DNA of 64,000 bases from Faecousia sp. (GTDB lineage: Bacteria > Bacillota > Clostridia > Oscillospirales > Oscillospiraceae): positions 10,463 through 74,462 of the forward strand of contig JARIAT010000036.1 in the NCBI GenBank assembly GCA_029257715.1, given 5' to 3'. The translations under genes were made by a program, and so were the position numbers. Below are positions 8,426-19,520 of this stretch, piece after piece. The notes beneath the pieces were generated by a model. It had not been told where the DNA came from. It saw nothing but the letters and a program-made list of their open reading frames with translations, and ran no database searches. The stretch's first letter is position 1. Each line of letters opens with the position of its first letter.

Positions 8426-9163
8426 ATGGAAAATCGAGATGAAATGGAAATTGACCTGGTAGAGCTGTTTTACTACCTGAAGAAAAAAGTCTGGATTTTG
8501 GTCGGTGCCGTTGTGGCCTGTGCGGTGATTGGGTTTGTTGTGAGCAAATTCTTCATGGCCCCTGTTTATACCGCCTCCACCAGACTGTATGTGCTGAATC
8601 GCTCAAATGAAAACACCATGGTGTATTCCGACTTTCAGGTGTCTTCTCAGATGCTGAATGACTACAAGGTTCTCATTACCGGTCAGAATGTGACCCACAA
8701 GGTGATTGAAAAACTGGGGCTGAATCTGTCCGCAGGGGAGCTGGCCGGGAAGATCAAGGTTACGGCACCGAACGAAACCCGGGTTTTGCAGATTAGTGTC
8801 TCGGATCATTCTGCCCAGCGGGCAGCAGAGATTGCGAACTGCGTGCGGGAAATCGCATCCGAGCAGATCAAGGATATCATGGATGTGGACGCGGTAAAGC
8901 TCGTCTATGAGGCAGAGGTTCCCCGTAAGCCTTCTGCACCGAGCGTGAAAAAGAATACCATGATCGGTGCGGTTCTGGGGCTGCTGCTCAGCGGTGCGGG
9001 GCTGGTGATGGTTTATATTATGGACGGAACCATCCGAACGGAAGATGATGTAGAGCACTATCTGGGACTCAGCGTGTTGGCAGTGATTCCGGACAGCCGC
9101 CAGCTGGAGAGCAGAGCCGGTGCGGCGGCACGCACAAAACAGCAGAGAGTGAATGGGAAATAA
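8426..9163 (+). CDS. CpsC/Wzz-type polysaccharide chain-length regulator (BY-kinase modulator)
   Basis: EIDLVELF, PVYTAST, two TM segments, EDDVEHYLGLSVLAVIP. Confidence 0.88.
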   Translation: MENRDEMEIDLVELFYYLKKKVWILVGAVVACAVIGFVVSKFFMAPVYTASTRLYVLNRSNENTMVYSDFQVSSQMLNDYKVLITGQNVTHKVIEKLGLNLSAGELAGKIKVTAPNETRVLQISVSDHSAQRAAEIANCVREIASEQIKDIMDVDAVKLVYEAEVPRKPSAPSVKKNTMIGAVLGLLLSGAGLVMVYIMDGTIRTEDDVEHYLGLSVLAVIPDSRQLESRAGAAARTKQQRVNGK

Positions 9164-9174
9164 GAGGAGTCATC

Positions 9175-9870
9175 ATGGAACAAATTGCAGTAAAACGGTT
9201 TATCGCTACGGAATTTCAGGCAGCAGAGGCAATCAAAACCCTTCGGACGAACTTGATTTTCAGTGGAGCGTCGGTTCGTGTGGTGGAACTGACGAGCTTT
9301 GGTCCCGGTGAAGGCAAGTCGATGATCTCCTTTCAGCTGGCGGCATCCTTGGCCCAATCCGGTAAGAAGGTTCTTTTGATGGATGCGGACTTGCGGAAAA
9401 GTGTGCTTCAGGCACGTCTTCATACCAAAGGAAAAATCAAAGGACTGAGCCATTATCTGTCCGGTCTTGCCAATGTATCGGAGCTGCTCAATAAGACGGA
9501 TGTTCCGGGATTCTATATTATGTTTGCAGGGACTAGAGTTCCGAATTCCGCAGAGCTGCTGGGCAACGAGCTGTTTGCACGGTTGATTCCTGCGCTGAAG
9601 GATGTATTCGACTACATTATCGTCGATGCGGCACCCTTGGGACTGGTCATTGATGCAGCGATTATGGCGCCGAAAATAGATGGCACCATTATGGTTGTGG
9701 ACTCCACCAATAACGACTATAAATTGGAGCGCAGAATTCAAAGCCAGCTGGAGAAATCCGGCGGCAAGATTCTCGGTGTTGTCCTTAACCGTGTCAATTT
9801 CAAGGAAAATGGCGGATACTACGGCAAGAACTATGGCTATGGCTATGGTTATGGGGAGTCGGAAAAATAA
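9175..9870 (+). CDS. CpsD/CapB BY tyrosine kinase
   Basis: LRTNL, Walker A GEGKS, DADLRK, IIVDAAP, C-terminal YYGKNYGYGYGYG tyrosine cluster. Confidence 0.92.
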   Translation: MEQIAVKRFIATEFQAAEAIKTLRTNLIFSGASVRVVELTSFGPGEGKSMISFQLAASLAQSGKKVLLMDADLRKSVLQARLHTKGKIKGLSHYLSGLANVSELLNKTDVPGFYIMFAGTRVPNSAELLGNELFARLIPALKDVFDYIIVDAAPLGLVIDAAIMAPKIDGTIMVVDSTNNDYKLERRIQSQLEKSGGKILGVVLNRVNFKENGGYYGKNYGYGYGYGESEK

Positions 9871-9876
9871 AAAACA

Positions 9877-9928
9877 GAAGTCCCGGAAAATCATGCGCTG
9901 TTTGCACCGCATTTTTCTGGGACTTTTC
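9877..9928 (+). terminator. stem-loop/terminator after cpsD
   Basis: AAGTCCCGGAAAA...TTTTCTGGGACTT inverted repeat. Confidence 0.55.
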
Positions 9929-10000
9929 TATTTGCATTGAGAAACACAGGAACATGGTACATCGCATCGATGGATTCAAAAAGGAATAGGGTGAAATAAA

Positions 10001-11533
10001 ATGGATGAGCATAAATATAATTCGACATGGCGGGGCTGGAAGATCATCTCCGGTATTGTGACGGCGGCTATGCTGATTTCGCAGGGGATGACCGGTTTCA
10101 GGGTATGGAACTTAAAGATGCTTCCGGCTAAATATGCAGCGGCTAGTACAGCGGCAGTACTGCTGATTGATGCCATACTGATTTATGGGATGTTTCCTCG
10201 CACCGAAAATGGGGAAAAGCGTGGGGCACTGTGGGGGAGAGCTGCCGCCTATGTGCTTTCGTTGGTGCTGATCGTCGGCAGCCTGGTGGGATGGCATGCG
10301 GCGGCGAAGCTGGACGAAACATTTGACGCAATCACCAGAGAGCCTTCGGTCAGCGCCCATGTGGGGGTGTATGTTCGGAGGGAGAATTCCGCCGAAGAAA
10401 TGGAAGATCTGACAGGTGCGGTGTTTGCAATGACGGATTCCTATGATATGGAAAACGGGCAGGCAGCCTTGGCAGAGATTCAGGAGCATCTGGCCGCAGA
10501 GGTTTCGGCGAAAAAATATGATACTGTTTTTGCAATGGTAGAGGATCTGTACACAGGCGATGTGGATGCAATGATTCTCAATGTGGCATACACCGATCTT
10601 TTCGAGGAGATCGAGAGATATCGGGATTTTTCGGAGAAAACCAAGCTGATTTATCAGTATGAGGTCAAGAACACAGCCGAAGCACCTGCGGAGGAAGCAA
10701 CGCAGATTCCCACAGAGCAGACAGAGCCGGTGGCGGCACAACCCCATGACCCGTTTATTGTATATCTCAGCGGCTCGGATACCCGTGAAAGCGTTCTCAA
10801 AACCAGCAGAAGCGACGTGAATATTCTGGCGGTGGTTCATCCGGAGAAGAAACAGATTCTCCTTGTCAATACACCCCGGGATTATTTTATCCCCAATCCG
10901 GCCTGCGGCGGCGGACTGGATAAGCTGACCCATTGCGGTCTTTATGGGGTGGGATGTTCTGTGCAGGCACTGTCGGAACTGTATCATTATCCCATTGATT
11001 ACTATGCCCAGATTAACTTTACCGGCTTTGAAACCCTGATTGATGCCATTGGCGGCGTTCATATTCATTCGGATGTGGATGACGGAGTCTATCTGAAAAA
11101 GGGAGATAATCTCATGGATGGCGAGCAGGCACTGAAATTTGCGCGGGATCGATTCAAGTATTCGGACGGCGACCATGCCCGAGGAAGACATCAGATGCAG
11201 GTGATCCAGTCGGTGGTGGATCAGATGTCAAATGGGGCAATTGTGACGAATTATTCGGATATTATGGACAGCCTTCAGGGAATGTTTGTTACAAGTATGC
11301 CTTCTCAGATGATTGCAGGACTGATTAAAGAGCAGCTTGACACCATGGATAAGTGGAATGTTTTGACTTATGCCGTTGCGGGCAGAGGCGGATCGGAGAT
11401 TCCCAGCTCCATGCCCGGGCTGTATGCGTATGTGATGTATCCGGATCAGGATATGGTGGACCACGCATCTGAGCTGATCGGCCGTGCGCTCAATGGCGAG
11501 ACGCTGACGCAGGAGGAACTCCGCACCCGTTGA
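10001..11533 (+). CDS. LCP (LytR-CpsA-Psr) family glycopolymer-peptidoglycan ligase
   Basis: Three N-terminal TMs; motifs GSDTR, RSDVNI, PRDY, KLTH, LIDAIGGV, FARDR and GDHARGRHQ. Confidence 0.9.
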   Translation: MDEHKYNSTWRGWKIISGIVTAAMLISQGMTGFRVWNLKMLPAKYAAASTAAVLLIDAILIYGMFPRTENGEKRGALWGRAAAYVLSLVLIVGSLVGWHAAAKLDETFDAITREPSVSAHVGVYVRRENSAEEMEDLTGAVFAMTDSYDMENGQAALAEIQEHLAAEVSAKKYDTVFAMVEDLYTGDVDAMILNVAYTDLFEEIERYRDFSEKTKLIYQYEVKNTAEAPAEEATQIPTEQTEPVAAQPHDPFIVYLSGSDTRESVLKTSRSDVNILAVVHPEKKQILLVNTPRDYFIPNPACGGGLDKLTHCGLYGVGCSVQALSELYHYPIDYYAQINFTGFETLIDAIGGVHIHSDVDDGVYLKKGDNLMDGEQALKFARDRFKYSDGDHARGRHQMQVIQSVVDQMSNGAIVTNYSDIMDSLQGMFVTSMPSQMIAGLIKEQLDTMDKWNVLTYAVAGRGGSEIPSSMPGLYAYVMYPDQDMVDHASELIGRALNGETLTQEELRTR

Positions 11534-11562
11534 TCGGAAGGGAAACGGGATCATCAAGCAGA

Positions 11563-11602
11563 AAAATGCCGGAACGCCTTTCTCAGTACGTTCCGGCATT
11601 TT
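11563..11602 (+). terminator. intrinsic terminator
   Basis: AAAATGCCGGAACG...CGTTCCGGCATTTT. Confidence 0.75.
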
Positions 11603-11774
11603 GATAAGCCGAGGACAGACGCAGAATTTCAGCGATGGCAGCAGGTGTGGAATAATTCGTCTTTCGGGTTGTTTCCGTGGCCGGAAGAAAAAAAGTATTT
11701 CGTTGGATTTTGTGATGATTTGGCTATGATTTACGAAATTCCCCCAGAGAAAAAAGGAATATTTGGCGGAAAAA

Positions 11775-11815
11775 TGTCGAAAAAGGGTTGAACAATTATT
11801 AAGAAATGGTAAAAT
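11775..11815 (+). promoter_or_regulatory. putative internal EPS promoter with an adjacent Spo0A-box-like heptamer
   Basis: TGTCGAA (11775-11781), then TTGAAC-16 nt-TAAAAT with a TG extension. Confidence 0.4.
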
Positions 11816-12046
11816 ATACGTGCGAAAATCGTGTTCGGATTTTAAAGAGGCTCTGTTTGGAAGGATATGGAGATGGATATGGGAAGTGGAGCTGTTATGT
11901 GTCTTGTGTTGTTGAGTCAAACGTATGAAAATTCCGGTGGGGATAGGAACGTAGGATGATATGAACTATTTGCACATCCGCATCTATGCTTGCGTTTGCA
12001 GCATAGAGACGATCATCAATTGGCGATAGATAGGAGAGAGAAAAAT

Positions 12047-13495
12047 ATGTATGAGAGAGAAATAAAAGGCTGGTTAAAACACCTGGATTTTGTAGTGATG
12101 GATATGTTATGCTTGTCGATCTCGTTTGTGCTGGCTTACATCATCTATAACGGCGGCGGAAACCCCTATGAAAGACCGCTTTACCTCAATATGGCGGTAT
12201 CCCTGATGATTCTGGATCTAGTGGTGATTTTTTATCTGGAATCTTTTAAGAATATTCTCAAGAGAGGGTATTACATAGAGCTGAAAGAAACAATAAAGCA
12301 TGGACTGATGCTGCTTTTGGTATCAACGCTCTATCTGTTTGCGATTCAGGCCGGAAAAGAATACTCCCGCAGCACCCTTATGCTGATGACAGTCATTTAT
12401 ATTGTCCTCAGCTATGGCCTGAGATGTATCAGAAAATACCGGCTTTTGAAGAAATGCGAAAGCGGTGGACGATCCCTTGTGATTATTACCAATCAGAGCG
12501 CTGCGGAAAGAGTCATTGATAATGTGCAAAACAGCAGCTTCGGCAGACTCCGCATTACGGGCCTTGTCATTTTAGACCGTGATATGGCAGGGGAAGAAGT
12601 GATGGGGATTCCCGTTGTTGCCAATGCGGCGGATGCCTCCGACTATATCGGAAGAGAATGGATTGATGAGGTTCTCGTGGCCACCAGCCCCGATGTGAAG
12701 TGTCCGCAAAGGATGCTGGACGAGATTATGGAAACCGGCGTGGTGCTGCACCAGTTCCTGGCCAAGCGGATGACAGCCATCGGAAGAAAATCCTTTGTGG
12801 AGCATATCGGCAATTATACAGTGCTCACTACCACCATCAATACCATGACGCCGAAGCAGGCATTTGCAAAAAGGACGATGGATATTCTGATCGGTCTGGC
12901 AGGCTGCCTTATGACCGGACTCATTTATATTTTTGTGGCTCCTATGATTTATCTCAGCTCTCCCGGACCGATTTTCTTTGCACAGACCCGCATCGGTAAA
13001 AACGGAAAACCCTTTAAAATGTACAAATTCCGCAGCATGTATATGGATGCGGAGGCACGGAAGGCGGAGCTGATGGAGCAGAACCGTGTGAAGGACGGCA
13101 TGATGTTCAAGATGGAATTTGATCCCCGGGTCATCGGCAACAAGATCCTTCCGGACGGCACCAGAAAGACCGGAATCGGAGATTTTATCCGCAAAACCAG
13201 TCTGGATGAATTCCCCCAGTTTTTGAACTGTGTCCTGGGAACCATGTCCGTCGTCGGAACCCGGCCCTGCACGCAGGATGAATGGGAAAAATATGACCTG
13301 CACCACAGAGCCAGAATGGCGGTAAAGCCCGGTATCACAGGTATGTGGCAGGTCAGCGGCAGAAGTGAGATTACCGATTTTGAAGAGGTTGTTCGACTCG
13401 ACAGAGAATATATCACCAACTGGAGTGTCGGTCTGGATCTGAAGATCCTGCTGAAGACGGTGGCGGTTGTGTTTAAGAAGGACGGCTCGATGTAA
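12047..13495 (+). CDS. priming glycosyltransferase (CpsE/WcaJ-type polyprenyl-phosphate sugar-1-P transferase)
   Basis: Motifs KRTMDI, YKFRSM, DPRV, RKTSLDEFPQF, MSVVGTRP and KPGITGMWQVSGRS. Confidence 0.92.
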   Translation: MYEREIKGWLKHLDFVVMDMLCLSISFVLAYIIYNGGGNPYERPLYLNMAVSLMILDLVVIFYLESFKNILKRGYYIELKETIKHGLMLLLVSTLYLFAIQAGKEYSRSTLMLMTVIYIVLSYGLRCIRKYRLLKKCESGGRSLVIITNQSAAERVIDNVQNSSFGRLRITGLVILDRDMAGEEVMGIPVVANAADASDYIGREWIDEVLVATSPDVKCPQRMLDEIMETGVVLHQFLAKRMTAIGRKSFVEHIGNYTVLTTTINTMTPKQAFAKRTMDILIGLAGCLMTGLIYIFVAPMIYLSSPGPIFFAQTRIGKNGKPFKMYKFRSMYMDAEARKAELMEQNRVKDGMMFKMEFDPRVIGNKILPDGTRKTGIGDFIRKTSLDEFPQFLNCVLGTMSVVGTRPCTQDEWEKYDLHHRARMAVKPGITGMWQVSGRSEITDFEEVVRLDREYITNWSVGLDLKILLKTVAVVFKKDGSM

Positions 13496-13543
13496 GGTTA
13501 CACTTGCTCGACATGGAAACCAAAGGAAAACGAGGAGACAGGT

Positions 13544-14791
13544 ATGAGAAAATATAAAATTGCAGTTGCAGGAACAGGCTATGTGGGATTGTCGATTGCG
13601 ACATTGCTCTCCCAGCATCATAAAGTCATGGCGGTGGATATCGTTGCGGAGAAAGTGGAACTGATTAACAACCGCAAGTCCCCCATTCAGGACGAGTATA
13701 TTGAGAAATATCTGGCAGAGAAGGATCTGGACCTGACGGCGACGTTGGACGCAAAGGAAGCATACGAGGATGCGGATTTCGTTGTTATCGCAGCGCCCAC
13801 CAACTATGACAGCCAGAAAAATTTCTTCGACACCAGTGCGGTAGAAGCGGTGATCCAGCTGGTCATGGAGTATAATCCCAATGCGATTATGGTTATCAAA
13901 TCCACTATTCCTGTGGGCTACACTGAGAAGATCAGACAGAAGACAGGCTGCAGCCGCATTATGTTCAGTCCGGAGTTTCTGCGAGAAAGCAAGGCACTCT
14001 ATGACAATCTCTACCCCAGCCGCATTATTGTGGGAACGGATTTGAACGATGAACGGATGACGGAAGCGGCGCGTACCTTTGCGGCACTGCTGCAGGAGGG
14101 CGCCATCAAAGAGGATGTTGACACGCTGTTTATGGGCTTTACCGAGGCAGAGGCCGTAAAGCTGTTTGCAAATACCTATCTTGCAATGAGAGTCAGCTAT
14201 TTTAACGAGCTGGACACTTATGCGGAGATGAAGGGGCTGAACACCCAGCAGATTATCAACGGTGTGTGCCTCGATCCAAGAATCGGCTCCCATTATAATA
14301 ATCCCTCTTTCGGCTACGGCGGCTACTGCCTGCCTAAGGACACCAAGCAGCTGCTTGCAAACTACGAGGATGTGCCGGAAAATCTCATTGAGGCTATTGT
14401 ATCAAGCAACAGAACCAGAAAAGATTTCATTGCGGACAGAGTGCTCAAAATGGCCGGATACTACGGATATGATGGGGACAATGAATTCAGCCTCAATAAA
14501 GAAAAGCAGACGATAATCGGTGTTTACCGTCTGACCATGAAGAGCAACAGCGACAATTTCCGCAAAAGCTCCATTCAGGGCATTATGAAGCGTGTAAAAG
14601 CCAAGGGCGCAACGGTCATCATCTATGAGCCGACGCTGGAGGATGGAAGCACCTTCTTCGGCTCCAAGATTGTGAATGATCTGGAGAAATTCAAGCAGGA
14701 CAGCAACGCAATCATTGCAAACCGCTATGACAGCTGCCTCGATGACGTGCAGAGCAAGGTCTATACGAGAGATCTGTTCAGAAGGGATTAA
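13544..14791 (+). CDS. ugd: UDP-glucose 6-dehydrogenase
   Basis: Motifs GTGYVG, KSTIPVG, SPEFLRE and [15 protein letters not shown]. Confidence 0.93.
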   Translation: MRKYKIAVAGTGYVGLSIATLLSQHHKVMAVDIVAEKVELINNRKSPIQDEYIEKYLAEKDLDLTATLDAKEAYEDADFVVIAAPTNYDSQKNFFDTSAVEAVIQLVMEYNPNAIMVIKSTIPVGYTEKIRQKTGCSRIMFSPEFLRESKALYDNLYPSRIIVGTDLNDERMTEAARTFAALLQEGAIKEDVDTLFMGFTEAEAVKLFANTYLAMRVSYFNELDTYAEMKGLNTQQIINGVCLDPRIGSHYNNPSFGYGGYCLPKDTKQLLANYEDVPENLIEAIVSSNRTRKDFIADRVLKMAGYYGYDGDNEFSLNKEKQTIIGVYRLTMKSNSDNFRKSSIQGIMKRVKAKGATVIIYEPTLEDGSTFFGSKIVNDLEKFKQDSNAIIANRYDSCLDDVQSKVYTRDLFRRD

Positions 14792-14794
14792 GCC

Positions 14795-15268
14795 ATGGGA
14801 AAAGAGAAAAAAATCAAGCTGTGTTTTGCGGCCTCATCCGGCGGTCACTATGAGCAGCTTCTAATGCTGAAACCGCTCATGGAGAAGTATGACAGCTTTG
14901 TTTTGACAGAGAAGACGCTGTATCATGCGGCTGTCAAAGATACCAAGACATACTACATGAAGCAGGTCAACCGGAAGGAGAAAAGTTTCCTTCCGCGGAT
15001 GCTCTGCAATGCGTTTTTGTCCCTTGGAATCTATCTGAAGGAAAGACCGAATTACATCATCTGCACGGGGGTTCTTGCGATGATTCCCATGTGCCTGCTT
15101 GTAAAATTGACAGGCGGAAAACTCATCTATATTGAATCCTTTGCAAAAGTCACCTCCCCGACGCAAACCGGGAAGCTGCTTTATAAGTTTGCCGATCGAT
15201 TCTATGTCCAGTGGGAATCCATGCTGGAATGTTATCCCGAGGCTACTTATCTGGGCGGTATTTATTAG
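14795..15268 (+). CDS. PssD/Cps14F (Alg14-like) glycosyltransferase subunit
   Basis: Motifs SSGGH, YIESFA, TGKL and FYVQW. Confidence 0.9.
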   Translation: MGKEKKIKLCFAASSGGHYEQLLMLKPLMEKYDSFVLTEKTLYHAAVKDTKTYYMKQVNRKEKSFLPRMLCNAFLSLGIYLKERPNYIICTGVLAMIPMCLLVKLTGGKLIYIESFAKVTSPTQTGKLLYKFADRFYVQWESMLECYPEATYLGGIY

Positions 15269-15280
15269 GAGGTGCGGAAG

Positions 15281-15760
15281 ATGATTTTTGTGACACTGGG
15301 TTCTCAGAAATTTCAGTTTAACCGGCTGCTGAAGGAATTGGACCGGCTGGTTGGCGCGGGAGCCATTGCAGAGGAGGTTTTTGCGCAGATCGGATACAGC
15401 GACTATCATCCCCAAAACTATGCCTATCAGGAATTTCTCTCCCGAGAGGAATTTATTCAGTGGGAAGGCAAGGCGGACATTGTGATTACCCACGGCGGAA
15501 CCGGCGCCATCATCGGTGCTGTCAAAAAGGGCAAGAAGGTGATTGCGGTTCCGAGACTGGCAAAATACGGGGAGCATGTTGACGATCATCAGCTGCAATT
15601 GATTGAGCAATTCGACGGTATGGGACTGATAGAGTCCTGTTATGATACGGATCAGCTTGAAAGTGCGTATCATGATTGCAAAGATAAGAAGTATCATGCG
15701 TATGTATCCAATACCAATACGATTATTGGCGATATAGAAAGATTTATTGTAGGGATGTAA
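15281..15760 (+). CDS. PssE/Cps14G (Alg13-like, GT28 C-terminal) glycosyltransferase subunit
   Basis: Motifs MIFVTLGSQKFQFNRL, ITHGGTG, VPRL and EHVDDHQ. Confidence 0.9.
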   Translation: MIFVTLGSQKFQFNRLLKELDRLVGAGAIAEEVFAQIGYSDYHPQNYAYQEFLSREEFIQWEGKADIVITHGGTGAIIGAVKKGKKVIAVPRLAKYGEHVDDHQLQLIEQFDGMGLIESCYDTDQLESAYHDCKDKKYHAYVSNTNTIIGDIERFIVGM

Positions 15761-15761
15761 A

Positions 15762-16637
15762 ATGAATACAATTACTAAAAATATAGTCTTAACACCGTTT
15801 AATTTGTTATATAAGATCTCTCCGGAGCTGGAACTGAAATGGATGTTTCGACTGAAGCAGGGATATAAGTTAAATCTGAAAGATCCCAAGACGTTTAATG
15901 AAAAGCTTCAGTGGATCAAATTGTACGATAGAAATGAATGGATGCCGAAATGCTGCGATAAATACGCGGTCAGAGAATACGTGACGAAAATGGGCTGCGA
16001 AAATACACTGAACACGTTGTATTGGGACGGCACAGACCCGGATCAAATCCCCTATGATGAATTGCCGGATCAATTTGTCATCAAGGTAACCCATGGATCA
16101 ACCTTTAATATCATTGTAACGGATAAAGCGAAACTTAATAAAAATGAAGTGAAAAGCAAGCTCAATCAGTGGCTGAAAGCTAAATTTATCCCTTGCTACG
16201 GAGAATGGTTTTACGGAAAGGTTCCGCCCAGAATCATTGTAGAGCAGTATTTGGAAGATGGTCACGGCAATGATCTCTATGATTATAAGGTGTTTTGCTT
16301 TAACGGAAAAGCGAAGCTCGTCGATGTTCATTCGGGAAGATACGGGGAACACAGACGAAATGTATACGACCTCGACTGGAACTTTCTGCCTGTTCATTTC
16401 AAGTACGAGAATTTTGAGGGCGTAGAAAAACCGGAAGTATTCGATGAGCTGATCGCAACAGCAGAGCGGCTGTCCAGTGAATTTCATCATGCGAGAGTTG
16501 ATTTCTTCATCGTTAACAATCGGATTTACTTCGGGGAAATTACCTTTACGAATGGCGCCGGCTTCGACCACATAACGCCGTATTCGTTTGACTTGGAAAT
16601 GGGCTCCTGGCTGGAGTTAGAAAGCGTGAAAAAATGA
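15762..16637 (+). CDS. TupA-like ATP-grasp amidoligase
   Basis: Motifs TFNEKLQWIKL, DKYAVREYV, DYKVFCFNG, RVDFF and FGEITF. Confidence 0.85.
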   Translation: MNTITKNIVLTPFNLLYKISPELELKWMFRLKQGYKLNLKDPKTFNEKLQWIKLYDRNEWMPKCCDKYAVREYVTKMGCENTLNTLYWDGTDPDQIPYDELPDQFVIKVTHGSTFNIIVTDKAKLNKNEVKSKLNQWLKAKFIPCYGEWFYGKVPPRIIVEQYLEDGHGNDLYDYKVFCFNGKAKLVDVHSGRYGEHRRNVYDLDWNFLPVHFKYENFEGVEKPEVFDELIATAERLSSEFHHARVDFFIVNNRIYFGEITFTNGAGFDHITPYSFDLEMGSWLELESVKK

Positions 16638-17698
16638 GAGTATTGGTGATAGGACCGAGCAAAGAAAAATCCAAAGGCGGGATGTCAACGGTTATAAAGG
16701 AAATGAGCGGCGACAAAAACCTGACAGAAGCATATCAGATGGATTTTTATGATTCGTATATAGACGGAAGCAAGCTCAAGGTGATGCAATACTCTTTGTA
16801 TGCCTATTTGAAGTTTCTGATTTCGGGAAAACAGAAACAATACGACATCTATCACATCCACGTGGCATCCAACGGCAGCACGTTTCGGAAAATGCTATAC
16901 GTCAAAAGCATAAAAAAACACCATAAAAAGGTAATCCTCCACATTCACGGCGCCGAGTATATGAAGTTTTTTGAAAACCTTTCTCGGAAGAAACAGGAGA
17001 AAGTGATAGAATTCCTGCAATCGTGTGATGCGGTTATCGCCTTATCAGATGACTGGAAAATGAAGTTTGAAAAAAGCTTCGGGCTGCGCAATTGCGTGGC
17101 AATCGAAAATGGAATTGATATGATGCGCTTTCAAACAGCGGTTTCCGAGGGCAGGGATCATCCGCATACCTTTGTCTCCCTCGGAAGATTAGGACACAGA
17201 AAGGGAACCTATGACATTCTGGATGCCGTAGAGATCGCCGTGCAAAAAGTCCCCGATCTGATGGTGTACCTGGGTGGAGACGGAGAAACAGAGCAGGTAA
17301 AGGAGCTTGCCGCCAAAAAGAAAATAGAGGACCATGTGAAGATCGTTGGCTGGGCAGACTTCGATAAAAAAATAGAATTGTTGAAAAAGTCATCCGTTTT
17401 CTTGCTGCCGTCCTATAATGAAGGACTTCCAATGGCAATTTTGGAGGCAATGGCATGCGGAAAAGCCATCATTAGCACAACGGTCGGCGCAATTCCCGAA
17501 GTAATCAGTGAGGAAAACGGCATCTTAATCACTGCGGGCGACGTCAATGCGCTGGCAGACGCCATGATTAAAATGTGCACAGATCCAGAATATGTGGAAG
17601 CAATTTCGCGTCATAACATGGACAAGATTGCGGCTCAATACGATATGCGAATCATGCACCGTAAGATTGAGGCGTTATATCAAAAAGTGTTTGTTTAA
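16634..17698 (+). CDS. glycosyltransferase family 4
   Basis: Motifs GGM, HIHG, RKG and PSYNEGLPMAILEAMACG. Confidence 0.92.
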   Translation: MRVLVIGPSKEKSKGGMSTVIKEMSGDKNLTEAYQMDFYDSYIDGSKLKVMQYSLYAYLKFLISGKQKQYDIYHIHVASNGSTFRKMLYVKSIKKHHKKVILHIHGAEYMKFFENLSRKKQEKVIEFLQSCDAVIALSDDWKMKFEKSFGLRNCVAIENGIDMMRFQTAVSEGRDHPHTFVSLGRLGHRKGTYDILDAVEIAVQKVPDLMVYLGGDGETEQVKELAAKKKIEDHVKIVGWADFDKKIELLKKSSVFLLPSYNEGLPMAILEAMACGKAIISTTVGAIPEVISEENGILITAGDVNALADAMIKMCTDPEYVEAISRHNMDKIAAQYDMRIMHRKIEALYQKVFV

Positions 17699-17725
17699 AA
17701 TCCATAGCTAGGAGTTAGGAAAAGT

Positions 17726-18877
17726 ATGAAAAAAATCGGTTTGGCAGTATGCTACGATACGAAAAATTTTGGCAGCCAATTGCAGGTATTAGCAACGGTA
17801 AAGAAGGTGGAAGAATTAGGCTGCGATCCGGAAATCATCCGGTATCAGAAAAAGCTTTCGCCCCAGTTTGTTGCGCAGCAGATTCCCCGGCTGTTGAATG
17901 TGAGTTTCTTCAAAAGCAAAATGAAGGGAAAACAAAAGAAACGAAAGATCATGCAGGATCCGGAGGTCAGCACGAAGGTAGCGCTTCGCAGCAAGAGATT
18001 TACACAATTTATGGAAGAGAATTTTATTCCGCTTGGACATAAATATGTTGGCTGGGAAGCCCTGAAACAGGAAAGCGCCAATCGGTATGATGCGCTGTTG
18101 TGCGGAAGTGATCAGCTGTGGCTGCCGTCAAATCTCGAAAGCCACTTCTATACATTGGAATTTGCGAAGGATCAGGTAAAAAAGATTGCATATGCGACCA
18201 GTTTTGGTGTATCATGTATTCCTTGGTATCAGAAAAGAAGAACCGCAAAGTATTTGAATCAATTCGACTGCCTGAGCACCCGAGAATTAAAGGGCAAGGA
18301 AATCATTGATAACCTGACAAATAAGAATGCCAAGGTTGTGTGTGATCCGACCTTGCTGTTTACAGCGGAGCAATGGGATCAGATTCTCCCGAGGGAAGAA
18401 GTGATATCGGATAAGTATATCTTCTGTTATTTCCTTGGCGAGAATATCGAGCACCGAACCATCGCCAAGGAGCTGAAAGAGAAAACAGGGTATCAAATCG
18501 TGACGATCCCATTTTTGGATAACTATGTGGAAGCGGATAAATCGTTTGGAGATATGCAGCTGTTTGATGTCGATTCCAAAGATTTTGTCAATTTGATCCG
18601 AAATGCGGAATATGTTTTGACGGACTCCTTCCATGGGACGGTTTTCTCTGTGCTGAATCACAAGAAGTTTATTACATTTAATCGTTTTTCTGCCGGAAAG
18701 GGGTCAAGAAATTCAAGAATTGATAGTTTGTGTGATATTTTGGCGTTAAATCATCGGAGATTCCGTCAGAACATTTGTGAACAGATCGACTGTGAGATCG
18801 ATTATGCAGACGTCGATCAGAGATTGAAGCAATTAAGAGATGAGTCTGTGGCATTTTTGACGGACGCATTGAAATAA
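17726..18877 (+). CDS. polysaccharide pyruvyl transferase family protein
   Basis: Motifs [38 protein letters not shown] and SRIDSL. Confidence 0.88.
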   Translation: MKKIGLAVCYDTKNFGSQLQVLATVKKVEELGCDPEIIRYQKKLSPQFVAQQIPRLLNVSFFKSKMKGKQKKRKIMQDPEVSTKVALRSKRFTQFMEENFIPLGHKYVGWEALKQESANRYDALLCGSDQLWLPSNLESHFYTLEFAKDQVKKIAYATSFGVSCIPWYQKRRTAKYLNQFDCLSTRELKGKEIIDNLTNKNAKVVCDPTLLFTAEQWDQILPREEVISDKYIFCYFLGENIEHRTIAKELKEKTGYQIVTIPFLDNYVEADKSFGDMQLFDVDSKDFVNLIRNAEYVLTDSFHGTVFSVLNHKKFITFNRFSAGKGSRNSRIDSLCDILALNHRRFRQNICEQIDCEIDYADVDQRLKQLRDESVAFLTDALK

Positions 18878-18902
18878 TTGCAGCAGAAGAGGGGCATGCA
18901 AT

Positions 18903-19496
18903 ATGGAAAATAAATATAATGACGCGTCGTTGCAGGTAAGCAAGGGCTATATGAGAAAAGCTCGACTGGAATTTATTGATCGTGTAATCTTCTTTTTAAT
19001 TCCAACCGCACAAAAAAGAGTTGCATGGTTAAAAAAGAAGAAGAAACTGGCATTTCTGGGAGAGCATGTTCATTATCAGCCGAGAAAATACCCGACCGGT
19101 GGAAGCCGGGTTAAAATTCACGATAATGTAGCGATTGCCGCAGATGTGGAGTTTACGGAACATGATATTATTCATTGGGTCTTTAACGGCATGGCCGGAA
19201 AGCGTGAGTTCAGCGAATACCGTGGGTGTATCGAGATCCATGAAAATGTGTTTATCGGAGCTGGAGCAAGGATTTTGCCGAATGTTTCCATCGGACCCAA
19301 TGCCATTGTGGCGGCAGGGGCCGTCGTAGCCAAGGATGTTCCGCCGGGAACAATTGTTGGAGGTGTGCCGGCGAAGGTGATCGGCAGTTTCGACGATGTT
19401 ATGCAGAAAAGAAAAGCGTATTCCGAAACCCATCCCATCAGCGGCAATACAGCCGAGCAATATTGGAGTGAGTTTTACGAGCAAAGAGAACGATAA
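18903..19496 (+). CDS. hexapeptide-repeat (LbH) O-acyltransferase
   Basis: [49 protein letters not shown]. Confidence 0.88.
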   Translation: MENKYNDASLQVSKGYMRKARLEFIDRVIFFLIPTAQKRVAWLKKKKKLAFLGEHVHYQPRKYPTGGSRVKIHDNVAIAADVEFTEHDIIHWVFNGMAGKREFSEYRGCIEIHENVFIGAGARILPNVSIGPNAIVAAGAVVAKDVPPGTIVGGVPAKVIGSFDDVMQKRKAYSETHPISGNTAEQYWSEFYEQRER

Positions 19497-19520
19497 AATA
19501 TCGTAAAAGAGGGATGAAGC

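Noticed and set aside
12572-14293. 573-aa minus-strand ORF across the priming glycosyltransferase and ugd
   Set aside because: Antisense to two well-supported genes and shows no domain signal.
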